From an uncultured bacterium (GTDB lineage: Bacteria > Krumholzibacteriota > Krumholzibacteriia > JACNKJ01): DNA of 64,000 nucleotides. Shown here piece after piece: positions 1 to 8,915 of this stretch (position 1 is its first letter; each line of letters starts with the position of its first letter). The position numbers were made by a program, and so were the translations under genes. The stretch is taken from assembly GCA_963695095.1 (NCBI GenBank), contig CAVOFT010000001.1, forward strand, positions 448,001-512,000, written 5' to 3'. The notes beneath the pieces are model-generated. The model searched no databases. It was not told where the DNA came from and saw nothing but the letters and a program-made list of their open reading frames with translations.

Positions 1-3
1 CCC

Positions 4-807
4 GTGTCCACTCAGGGAGGCCCCGTGACAGCCCGAACCACGCCGATGCGGGTCTTCGTGGCCAGCGATGTGGGTCAGGTGAGGACCGAGAATCAGGATG
101 CCTACTTCGCGGGGCCCATTCCCGAGGGCCGCGAGAAGAGCCACGGCCAGCTCCTGATCGTCGCCGACGGCATGGGCGGCCATGCCTCGGGCGAGGTCGC
201 CAGCAAGCTGGCCGTGGAGACCATCCTCAAGGTCTTCTACGGCGAGCCGCTGGGCCCGGGCGCCGACCCCTCGCCGCTGCTCCGGCGCGCTTTCCAGGCG
301 GCGAATCTGGCCATCCTCGAGGCCGGGCGGCGCGAGCAGCGCCACTTCGGCATGGGCACCACCTGCACCGCGCTGCTCCTGCGCGGCAGCCTGGCCTGGA
401 CCTGCCACGTGGGCGACACGCGCGTCTACCGGTATCGCGACGCTGCGCTGGAGCAGCTCACGGAGGACCACACCCTGTTGCAGCAGATGATCGACGGCGG
501 CCAGCTCCAGCCCGACGAGATCCTGCGCCGCTCGATCAAGCACATCCTCGTGCGGGCCATGGGCAGCGAGGAGCGCGTGCGCGTGGACGCCGACAAGGAG
601 CCCTTCCCGGTGGCCGCGGGCGACGCCTTCCTGATGAGCAGCGATGGCCTGCACGATCTGCTCGGGCCGGAGGAGATCAGCGAACTGCTGGCGGAGCCGG
701 ACGGCCAGGTCGCGGTGGAGGCCCTGACCGCGGCGGCCTGCATCGCCGGCGCGCCGGACAACGTGACCGTACTGCTCGCCCAGTGGGACGACAGCGAAGA
801 GGAATGA
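4..807 (+). CDS. PP2C-family Ser/Thr protein phosphatase (Stp1/PrpC-like); exact start uncertain
   Basis: Motifs SDVGQVRTENQD, VADGMGGH, GMGTT, HVGDTRVY, SDGLHD, DNVT. Confidence 0.9.
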   Translation: MSTQGGPVTARTTPMRVFVASDVGQVRTENQDAYFAGPIPEGREKSHGQLLIVADGMGGHASGEVASKLAVETILKVFYGEPLGPGADPSPLLRRAFQAANLAILEAGRREQRHFGMGTTCTALLLRGSLAWTCHVGDTRVYRYRDAALEQLTEDHTLLQQMIDGGQLQPDEILRRSIKHILVRAMGSEERVRVDADKEPFPVAAGDAFLMSSDGLHDLLGPEEISELLAEPDGQVAVEALTAAACIAGAPDNVTVLLAQWDDSEEE

Positions 808-811
808 GCGA

Positions 812-1474
812 ATGAGCCAGGACATCCCGAGCGCCGGCGGCGACAAGCCGCGCGCCCCGCATCCCGTCTACCATTGCAGCGTCTGCACCAAGCCCCTGGC
901 CTGGGACGGCGGGCGCATTCGACTCGTCTGCCGCGAGCCGGATTGCCGCGGCGACCGGCCGCGGCCGGCGCCCATCCGCCTGCGCGAGGGCGACGAGCAC
1001 GACCGCGTCGCCCTGCTGGCCGTCAGTCGGGACTTCTTCGGCAGCTCGCACCTGCACGCCTTCGGCGGCGTCTTTCCCCTGGCGAAGTGCGCCTTCCTGG
1101 TGGTGGAGTTCGACAACGAGCGCGCCGGCTTCCTTTCCTATGCCCTGCACTTCCCGGCCGAGGACGAGGCGGCAGTGATCCTGATGGCCGTGCTGCCCGG
1201 CTTCCAGGGCCGCGGCGTGGGCCGCGCCCTGCAGGGCGCGATGGACGCCGTCTGCCGCCCGCTCGGCATCCGGCGCATCCACATCGCCACCAGCAACGAC
1301 AACATCCCAGGGCTCTACTTCTACCAGCGGCTGGGTTACCGCCTGCGCAGCCTGCACGTGGGTGCCGCGGCCGCCGCGCTCGCCGAGCAAGGCGAGGCCG
1401 GGCAGGCCGGCTTCGGCGGCATTCCCATCCTCGACGAGCTGCACCTGACGAAGGAGCTGGGGCGCACGCCCTAG
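812..1474 (+). CDS. GNAT acetyltransferase with N-terminal Cys-rich (zinc-ribbon-like) extension
   Basis: AcCoA motif VLPGFQGRGVGRAL, TSNDNIPGLYFYQRLGY; N-terminal CSVC...CREPDC. Confidence 0.8.
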   Translation: MSQDIPSAGGDKPRAPHPVYHCSVCTKPLAWDGGRIRLVCREPDCRGDRPRPAPIRLREGDEHDRVALLAVSRDFFGSSHLHAFGGVFPLAKCAFLVVEFDNERAGFLSYALHFPAEDEAAVILMAVLPGFQGRGVGRALQGAMDAVCRPLGIRRIHIATSNDNIPGLYFYQRLGYRLRSLHVGAAAAALAEQGEAGQAGFGGIPILDELHLTKELGRTP

Positions 1475-1509
1475 GCGCGGCTGCGCCCGCGCGCGGCGGC
1501 AGCGCAGGT

Positions 1510-3825
1510 CTAGGACTGGAAGAGCACCTGCAGCTTGAGGAAGAGCTGTCGCTCCGCCTGCTCGTAATCCGAGGGCTCGCCGTAGTCGACGAAGCGGTGC
1601 GTGGAGCCCAGGTACAGCACGGTGAAGGGATTCACCTTGTAGCTGAGCAGGGGCTCGATGTCGTAGACCCCGTCGAAGTCGTCGTACTGCACGATCGTGC
1701 GCAAGAAAAGCTCGCGCGTGAGCTGCAGGTTCAGGCGCACGCGCGCGACGTAGCCGCGGAAGACCTCCTCGCCCGTGTCCGGATGCTCCATGCGCACCCA
1801 CTCCAGGCTGGGCGTGAGCACGGTGCGCTGGCCCAGGCGCAGCGTCGCCCAGCCCTCCAGCGCCACCTGGCGGCCGAGGAAGGGATCGGCGGTGCGGCGA
1901 ATCGTGTGCGCCCACTGCGCCTCCGCCCCGAACTGCGCCGCATTGGCCGGATTGCAGGAGAACTCCACGCTGGTGCGGCGGATGCCGTCGAACTGGACCC
2001 CTCGGTAATTCTCGGCGCTCCAGAGCTGCTCGACGTGCAGCTGCGTCTGCTTGATCAGGCTGAGGTCGAGCATGGGGATGAACCACTCGTCCTTCTGCTT
2101 GGAGCGGAAGTTCCAGACGCCGCCGGTCGCGAACTGCGGGAAGACGTTCTCCACCCAGCGACTCGCCGGCCGGAAGTTCCAGCCCGTCCAGGCGCTCATC
2201 TCGCGCCGGTTGCTGCTGCCGATGAAGCCGTTCTCGGCGCGGAAGGCGGGGCTGGTCTGGCGGATGTCGGCGTCGAAGTGCCAGTGGCGACCGTCGCGCT
2301 CGATGCTCGTGTAGATGGCATGGCCCGAGAAGCGCTCGCCGTCGAAGGCGGCGCTGTAGCGGCCGCCGTCGAAGCGCAGGTTCTGCTCCGCGAAGCCGGC
2401 CGTGAGCTGGCTGTCCACGGGCTCCTCCGTGTGGCTGGCCAGGACCTGGCACTCCCAGGCCCAGTTGTCGGCGAAGCGCAGCGACCAGTCGAGTCCGCCC
2501 ACGGTCCCCGAGCCGCTGTCGGTGGGCACGCGCAGGCCGTGCTTGTCGAAGTCGGCCCCGTGCCGGCGGTCCGTGAGCATCGCGCCGATGAAGGAGCCGC
2601 TGGCGAAGCTGCGGCGCAGGCGCAGGATGTTCGACAGGCTCTCGTCCCCGAGGAGAATGCGGCTCGATTCCTCGAAGGGGAGGATGAAGGGGCTGCGCTC
2701 GTCCTGCGCGGAGAGCAGGAGCAGCTCATAGGGCCCCCGCCGCGCCGTCACCTTGGCCGCCACGTAGGGGTCGTTGATCGAGCGGGTGTAGATGGCGTTG
2801 ATCCAGGAGTCGAACAGGTTGCTGCCGCGCTGGAAGAAGGGCCGCCGCTCCTCGTAGAAGAGGGCGAAGGGCGTGTTGACGTCGATCTGCGCCGCGTCGG
2901 ACTCCACCTGGCTGAAGTCCGGGTTCAGCGCCCCCTCGATGGCGAAGTTGGGGCCGAAGGCATAGGCGATGCCGAGACCGAAGTCGGCGCGGAAGTCGCC
3001 GGCCTGCCAGGGCGAATCCGGATCCTCCGCATCGGCCAGCCCCGAGGCCTGATGGGCGACCATGTCGGGCAGCAGGGAGAGGCCGCCGCCCGGCTCCACG
3101 GCGCGGATGCCGCTCAGGGTGCCGAACTGGCAGAACCAGCAGGCCTCGCCGCGGTCGAAGGCGGCCCAGGTGCTGCGCTCGCGGAAGTCACGCTTGCGAT
3201 CGCGCCAGAAGGTGGCCCGCCAGACCTGCTCCTCGCCCTCCGGGAAAAGCAGGCTGCTGAAGGGAATGGCCACTTCCACCTGGAAGCCGTCGGCCGTGAG
3301 CCGTCCCTCGGATGACCAGACCAGGTCGAAGCCCATGTCCTCGCCGCCGTTGGCCGTCATGCGCAGGTCGCCCTGGATGCCCAGCGGGTTGACGAAGAAC
3401 TCGTAGGCCCAGGCCTGGTCGCCGTAGGTGTCCAGGATCAGCCCCACGTAGTCGTCCTGCCAGATGGCGTCGCGATCGCGCAGGCCGGCGCGCACCAGGC
3501 TGGAGTCGTCCTCGGCGATGAAGGCGAGATAGAGATTGTGCGCGTCATAGGTGACGAGCACCCGGGTCTGCACCGGCGGCTCCGTGTGATCTCCCGGGCT
3601 GTTTTCGCAGAAGTTCTCCGCCACGGCGGCGCCGGCCCAGCCCGGATCGTCCAGCAGGCCGTCGATATGGATGGCGCCGGCGGCCGGGCGCAGCTCCAGC
3701 GTGGGGCGCCAGTTGGGGCTGAACTCCTCATCGGCGGCGCTCGGGAGGCTGAGGGCGACGAGCAGGGCGAGGGCGAGCGGGCAGAAGGCGGCGCGGGGGC
3801 GGATCCGGGGCGATCGTCCGAACAT
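1510..3825 (-). CDS. Secreted CBM9-like / DUF5916-type protein with probable C-terminal beta-barrel
   Basis: ATG at 3825 with AGGA RBS; signal peptide; IDGLLDDPGW, YDAHNLY, NPLGIQGD, LNPDFSQVESD, FYEERRPFF. Confidence 0.75.
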   Translation of the reverse strand: MFGRSPRIRPRAAFCPLALALLVALSLPSAADEEFSPNWRPTLELRPAAGAIHIDGLLDDPGWAGAAVAENFCENSPGDHTEPPVQTRVLVTYDAHNLYLAFIAEDDSSLVRAGLRDRDAIWQDDYVGLILDTYGDQAWAYEFFVNPLGIQGDLRMTANGGEDMGFDLVWSSEGRLTADGFQVEVAIPFSSLLFPEGEEQVWRATFWRDRKRDFRERSTWAAFDRGEACWFCQFGTLSGIRAVEPGGGLSLLPDMVAHQASGLADAEDPDSPWQAGDFRADFGLGIAYAFGPNFAIEGALNPDFSQVESDAAQIDVNTPFALFYEERRPFFQRGSNLFDSWINAIYTRSINDPYVAAKVTARRGPYELLLLSAQDERSPFILPFEESSRILLGDESLSNILRLRRSFASGSFIGAMLTDRRHGADFDKHGLRVPTDSGSGTVGGLDWSLRFADNWAWECQVLASHTEEPVDSQLTAGFAEQNLRFDGGRYSAAFDGERFSGHAIYTSIERDGRHWHFDADIRQTSPAFRAENGFIGSSNRREMSAWTGWNFRPASRWVENVFPQFATGGVWNFRSKQKDEWFIPMLDLSLIKQTQLHVEQLWSAENYRGVQFDGIRRTSVEFSCNPANAAQFGAEAQWAHTIRRTADPFLGRQVALEGWATLRLGQRTVLTPSLEWVRMEHPDTGEEVFRGYVARVRLNLQLTRELFLRTIVQYDDFDGVYDIEPLLSYKVNPFTVLYLGSTHRFVDYGEPSDYEQAERQLFLKLQVLFQS

Positions 3826-4147
3826 CTTGCTCCTGTGAGATCGGCGGAGGCGAGTGGGGCAGCCCGGCCGGGTCGGTGGTCTTGGCATCCCGCCTTCCCG
3901 GCCGGGCTTTGCATGCGGCACCGGGTCCGCATACGAGGGCAATCTACGCCCCCTGGCAAGGGCTGTTTCTCGCGCCGGCGGCCTTTTTACGGCGGGATAC
4001 TGTTTTTACAGCCGGCGAAACCCGAGGCCCACCCCAGTGCGTAGGGGGGGCTTTGATTTCGGTTTGCATTCCGCGGCGCCGCGCTAGAATGGCCGGCGGG
4101 CCGCGCTGAGCGACCTGTAGCCGTCGTCGCACTCTCAGGAGGCAAGC

Positions 4148-6733
4148 ATGCTCATCTGTTCGCCGCGCAGCATCGGTCTGCGCCGCTGTATCACGCTCCT
4201 CGGATCCCTCTGGCTCGCGCTTGCGGGCCCGGCGCTCGCAGACACCCCGGATCATCCCCTCCTGCTGGAGCAGGTCGGCCTGGCCGAGCGCCTCGGCGCG
4301 CTGCCGGGCGTCGCGAACAGCGCCGCGGCAGGCTTCCTCAATCCGGCGGCCTGGTCGCTGCAGCGCAGCGGCGGACTCTACTTCTCCTGGACCGCGCCGC
4401 AGGGCGATCCCTACCCCGGCCTGGACTACAGCAACTTCACCGGCATGGCCAACTTCGGCGGCCTCGGCTTCGGCCTGCGCTATCGCAGCCTGGATGAGGC
4501 CTCCCATTACGCCTACACGCTGGGCCTGTCCGGCGGCGACCGCAGCCAGGCCACGGGCTTCTCCTACACCTGGACGCGCGGCGCGGAGAGCAGCTTCGGC
4601 GAGCAGAGCCTGCTCACGGCGGGCAGCATCCACCGCTGGCAGCACGTCTCCTTCGGCATGGCCGGATCCTACGACTTCGCCGCCGAGCACAGCCTCTACC
4701 AGGCGGACCTGGGACTGCGGCCCCTCGGCCCGCGCCTGACCCTCTTCGGCGGCGCTGCCTATGTCATTCCCCGCGAGGAGGACAAGGCCTTCGACGAGCT
4801 GGCCTTCAGCTTCGGCATCGAAGCGCGGCTGCTGCCGGGCCTCGAGATCGGCGCCCTGGCCCGCGACACCGGCGAGCTCAGCCTGCGCCTGGATCTCGCC
4901 ATCGGCGGCGGCAAGCCCGGCGGCGAGCCGATGCGCAGCGCCTTCGGCGCCCGCCTGCACCTTGACGACGAGCAGGAGCACGCGGCCACCACCTACAGCC
5001 TGGAGACCATGGCCGGTCCGCACCTGGGCCTGCTCGTCAGCAAGCCGAAGCACTACCCGGAGCTGGACCTCGGCGGCGAGCTGCCCTATCGCAGCTACCG
5101 CTTCTTCGACGAGCGCCGCCGCTTCTTCGACCTGCTCGGCGAGCTGGCCCGGCTGGCCGGCGACCCCAGCGTGGCCGGGGTGGTGCTGAACCTCTCGAAC
5201 CTGCAGGCGACCCCGGCCAATCTCTGGGAGCTGCGGGCCCAGCTCGCCGGTCTGCGGGCGGAGGGCAAGAAGGTGGTCGTCTACTTCGATCGGGCCGGCA
5301 TCCCGCTCTACATGCTGGCCACCGTGGCCGACGAGCTGTGGATGGACCCCCACGGCGACCTCGACATCAAGGGGCTGGCCTTCGGCCGCAGCTACTACCG
5401 GGCCATGCTCGACAAGATGGGCGTGGGCATCGACGAGTGGCGCTACTTCACCTACAAGTCGGCCATGGAGGGCTTCTCGCGCACCTCGATGTCGGACGCC
5501 GACCGCGAGCAGTTCACGGCCTTCATGGAGGACTGGTACGAGGCCGCCGTCGGCCTCATCCTCGAGGCGCGCGGCCTGGACCGGAGCGCCTGGGAACGGC
5601 TCATGAACGAGAAGGCCGAGCTGATCCCCGCCGAGGCCCTGGCCGCCGGTCTGGTGGACAAGCTGGGCGACTACCACGAGGCCAAGGAGGGCGCCCAGGA
5701 TGCGAAACGCCGCGCGAGCGGTGACGCGGCCGCCGCCGAGCTGACGGCGCTCCTGGGCGATCGCATCTGGGGCCCGGAGGCCTGGGGCGAGCCCCGGCGC
5801 ATCGCGCTGCTCTACGCCATCGGCGAGTGCTCGATGGACACGGGCATCCAGGGGCGCCGCCTGTCCAAGACCATCCGCGAGATGCGCGAAGACCGGCGCG
5901 TGGCGGCCGTCGTCATGCGCGCCGACTCGCCGGGCGGCGACTCGCTGCCCAGCGATCTCGTCTCCCGCGAGCTGAAGGCAACCGAGGAGGAGAAGCCGGT
6001 CTTCGTCTCCCAGGGCCAGGTGGCCGGCTCGGGCGGCTACTGGATCAGCATGCACAGCACGGCGATCTACGCCTCGCCCTTCACGCTGACGGGCTCGATC
6101 GGCGTGATCTCGGCGCACCTGTGGGACAACGGGCTGGGCGAAAAGATCGGCATGGACTACGACCACGTGCAGATCGGCGAGCACGCGGACTACCAGAGCG
6201 GGCCCGCGCTGCCGCTGATCGGCATCAACATCCCGCACCGGCCGGTCACCGCGGAGGAGCGGGCGCGTGGCGAGGCCCTGATGAAGACCCTCTACCGCAA
6301 CTTCACCGAGCAGGTGGCGGCCGGCCGCGGCATGACGCCCGAGGCGGTGGACGCCGTGGGCCAGGGCCGCATCTGGAGCGGCGAGGACGGCCTGGCCAAG
6401 GGCCTCGTGGATCGCGTCGACGGCCTCTGGGGCAGCCTGGTCGCGGCCAAGCGGGCGGCGGGCATCCCCGAGGCGAGCCCCGTCACCTTCGTCGAGGCGC
6501 CCTCGCTGGGGGCCTTCAACTTCGGCTTCCTGCAGCCGAGCATCCCCGGCTTCGGACTGCTTGCGCGTTTGACCGCGGGCGAGAGCGCGCCGGAGTCCCT
6601 GCTCAGCGGCGAGCCCTGGTCGCGCCTGCCCGCGAGCGAGCGCGGCTACCTCGAGCAGATCGTCGCCGCCGAGGGCGCCCCCCTCGTGACGATGCCGCCG
6701 CTCGCGATCGAGGGCCTGCGCCTGACGCCCTGA
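4148..6733 (+). CDS. sppA: Signal peptide peptidase SppA (S49), long form with N-terminal beta-strand-rich domain
   Basis: YKSAME (Lys), DSPGG, AGSGGYW (Ser), TGSIGV, GQGRIWSG; AGGAGG RBS. Confidence 0.85.
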   Translation: MLICSPRSIGLRRCITLLGSLWLALAGPALADTPDHPLLLEQVGLAERLGALPGVANSAAAGFLNPAAWSLQRSGGLYFSWTAPQGDPYPGLDYSNFTGMANFGGLGFGLRYRSLDEASHYAYTLGLSGGDRSQATGFSYTWTRGAESSFGEQSLLTAGSIHRWQHVSFGMAGSYDFAAEHSLYQADLGLRPLGPRLTLFGGAAYVIPREEDKAFDELAFSFGIEARLLPGLEIGALARDTGELSLRLDLAIGGGKPGGEPMRSAFGARLHLDDEQEHAATTYSLETMAGPHLGLLVSKPKHYPELDLGGELPYRSYRFFDERRRFFDLLGELARLAGDPSVAGVVLNLSNLQATPANLWELRAQLAGLRAEGKKVVVYFDRAGIPLYMLATVADELWMDPHGDLDIKGLAFGRSYYRAMLDKMGVGIDEWRYFTYKSAMEGFSRTSMSDADREQFTAFMEDWYEAAVGLILEARGLDRSAWERLMNEKAELIPAEALAAGLVDKLGDYHEAKEGAQDAKRRASGDAAAAELTALLGDRIWGPEAWGEPRRIALLYAIGECSMDTGIQGRRLSKTIREMREDRRVAAVVMRADSPGGDSLPSDLVSRELKATEEEKPVFVSQGQVAGSGGYWISMHSTAIYASPFTLTGSIGVISAHLWDNGLGEKIGMDYDHVQIGEHADYQSGPALPLIGINIPHRPVTAEERARGEALMKTLYRNFTEQVAAGRGMTPEAVDAVGQGRIWSGEDGLAKGLVDRVDGLWGSLVAAKRAAGIPEASPVTFVEAPSLGAFNFGFLQPSIPGFGLLARLTAGESAPESLLSGEPWSRLPASERGYLEQIVAAEGAPLVTMPPLAIEGLRLTP

Positions 6734-6762
6734 GGCGCGGCAGCAGCGATGCACCTGAAGAG

Positions 6763-6792
6763 CCGGACCGCGCCCGCGCGGTCCGGTTTTTT
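6763..6792 (+). terminator. Rho-independent terminator after sppA
   Basis: 10-bp stem CCGGACCGCG/CGCGGTCCGG followed by T6. Confidence 0.85.
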
Positions 6793-6940
6793 CTGGCATT
6801 CGACGCGAGGTCGGCTATACTCATCGCGAGAGCAATCCTTGTGAGGGCGCCCCGCGGCGCCGGCGCCGTGGCGCTCCAGCCTGCTGGAAGGGAGCGACAC
6901 GGCGCTTCTGCGTGCGGCGCGTGAGGTGAGGAGCTAGGTC

Positions 6941-7735
6941 ATGCGCATCCCCTACTACGTCGTCGACGCCTTCGCCACCGCCCCCTTCACCGGCAATCCC
7001 GCCGGCGTCTGTCCCCTGGCGACCTGGCTGCCCGACGCCCTGATGCAAGCCATCGCCGCCGAGAACCGCCTCAGCGAGACGGCCTTCTTCGTGCGCGGCG
7101 GCGACCACTTCGCCCTGCGCTGGTTCACGCCCGCCGCCGAGGTGAACCTCTGCGGCCACGCCACGCTGGCCGCGGCCCACGTGATCTTCACCCATCTCGG
7201 CGAGGAGTCGCCGCGCCTGGAGTTCCGCAGCCACAGCGGGCCGCTCTTCGCCGAGCGGCAGGGCAAGCTGATCGCCCTGGACTTTCCGGCCCTGCCGCCG
7301 CGACCCGTTGCGGTGGAGCCGGCGCTCGTCGCCGCGCTCGGCCTCGCGCCCGAGGCGGTCCTGCGCGACGAGGACCTGCTCGCCATCCTGCCCGATGCGG
7401 AGAGCCTGCGCCGTCTCGCCCCGGATCTGGCGGCCGTGGCCGCGCTGGATTGCCGCGGGCTCATCGTCAGCGCGCCGGGCGAGGACTGCGACTTCGTCTC
7501 GCGCTTCTTCGCCCCGGGCGTGGGGGTGCCAGAGGATCCGGTGACGGGCTCGGCCCACAGCGTGCTCACGCCCTACTGGGCCGCGCGCCTGGGCAAGGCG
7601 CGCCTGCACGCGCGCCAGCTCTCGGCCCGCGGCGGCGAGCTCTTCTGCGCTCTGCACGGCGATCGCGTGGAGATCGCGGGCGCGGCCCACGACTACCTGC
7701 AGGGTCAGATCAGCCTGCCCACGGCGCTGCTCTGA
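6941..7735 (+). CDS. PhzF-family isomerase/epimerase
   Basis: VDAF...GNPAGV, LSETAF, LRWFTP.EV.LCGHATLA, EDPVTGSAH. Confidence 0.92.
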   Translation: MRIPYYVVDAFATAPFTGNPAGVCPLATWLPDALMQAIAAENRLSETAFFVRGGDHFALRWFTPAAEVNLCGHATLAAAHVIFTHLGEESPRLEFRSHSGPLFAERQGKLIALDFPALPPRPVAVEPALVAALGLAPEAVLRDEDLLAILPDAESLRRLAPDLAAVAALDCRGLIVSAPGEDCDFVSRFFAPGVGVPEDPVTGSAHSVLTPYWAARLGKARLHARQLSARGGELFCALHGDRVEIAGAAHDYLQGQISLPTALL

Positions 7736-7821
7736 TCCAGGGCGCCGACCCGCGCGGCTTGATCCCCCGTCCGCCTTCCCGCACAATGGGCGCGGCCCTC
7801 GCCCTGGACAGGGAGCTCGCC

Positions 7822-8235
7822 ATGACCGCCGCGCTCTTCATCCTCTATGTCGCCGACCAGGCCGCCGCGCGGCGCTTCTATGCCCAGGTGCTGGCGCGCG
7901 CGCCGCAGCTCGACGTGCCGGGCATGACGGAGTTCGCCCTGGCCGCGGGCAGCGCGCTCGGCCTCATGCCCGCGGCGGGAATCCGCCGCCTCCTGGGATC
8001 CGCGCTGCCCGATCCCGCCGCTGCGGCCGGCACGCCGCGGGCGGAGCTCTACCTGCGCGTGGCCGACGCCGCCGCCCATCACGCGCGCGCGCTGGCGGCG
8101 GGGGCCGTCGAGCTGAGCGCGCCGGCCCCGCGCGACTGGGGCGAGCAGGTCGCCTACAGCCTCGACCCCGACGGCCACGTGCTGGCCTTCGCGGAGGTCC
8201 ATTCGTTCCCACCGCCCCAGGAGCCGCCCGCATGA
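7822..8235 (+). CDS. VOC/glyoxalase family protein
   Basis: ILYVADQAAARRFY, RDWGEQVAYSLDPDGHVL; GGAG RBS before ATG 7822. Confidence 0.85.
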   Translation: MTAALFILYVADQAAARRFYAQVLARAPQLDVPGMTEFALAAGSALGLMPAAGIRRLLGSALPDPAAAAGTPRAELYLRVADAAAHHARALAAGAVELSAPAPRDWGEQVAYSLDPDGHVLAFAEVHSFPPPQEPPA

Positions 8236-8870
8236 GCCGAGAGAAGCCCGCGCCCACGGAGCACCCGGTACTCGAGGCCATTCGCCAGCGCTGGAGCCCG
8301 CGAGCCTTCACGGCCGAGGCCCTGCCTGCCGCCGAGCTGGCCAGTCTCTTCGAGGCGGCGCGCTGGGCGCCCTCATCCTTCAACGAGCAGCCCTGGCGCT
8401 GGCTTCTGGCCGGGCGCGAGGATGCGAATGCCTTCGCTCTCATGCTGAGCTGCCTGGGCGAGTGGAACCAGCGCTGGGCGCGCCGCGCCGGTGCCCTGGC
8501 CCTGGCCGTCACCCGCGAGCGCTTCACGCACAACGACAAGCCGAACCATCACGCCTGGTACGACCTCGGCCAGGCCTGCGCCCTCATGGCCGTGCAGGCG
8601 GCGGTGCTCGGACTCCAGATCCACCAGATGGGGGGCATCGATCCCGAACGCGCGCGGCAGGTCTACGGCGTGCCGGAGGGCTTTCAGGTGGTGACGGGCA
8701 TCGCGATCGGGCGCCAGGGCGATCCGAGCACCCTCGATGACGAGGGCATGCTGAAATCCGAGCTCGAGGCGCGCAAGCGGCGCCCGCTGGCCGAGAGCGT
8801 CTTCGCCGGCCGCTGGGGCGAGCCCCATCCGGCGCTGGCGCCGGGTAACCGCCAGGGAGGCGACCCGTAG
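8232..8870 (+). CDS. Nitroreductase family protein
   Basis: RWSPRAF, EAARWAPSSFNEQPW, HQMGG; ATGA overlap with upstream stop. Confidence 0.9.
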   Translation: MSREKPAPTEHPVLEAIRQRWSPRAFTAEALPAAELASLFEAARWAPSSFNEQPWRWLLAGREDANAFALMLSCLGEWNQRWARRAGALALAVTRERFTHNDKPNHHAWYDLGQACALMAVQAAVLGLQIHQMGGIDPERARQVYGVPEGFQVVTGIAIGRQGDPSTLDDEGMLKSELEARKRRPLAESVFAGRWGEPHPALAPGNRQGGDP

Positions 8871-8915
8871 CAGGTCGGTTCCAATGCCATCCAGTTCCCA
8901 TCCGGAGGAAGCGCC

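Noticed and set aside
6815..6830. CTATAC upstream of the PhzF gene as another repair-type box
   Set aside because: It overlaps a TATACT -10 element and the right half (CGCGAG) does not match.
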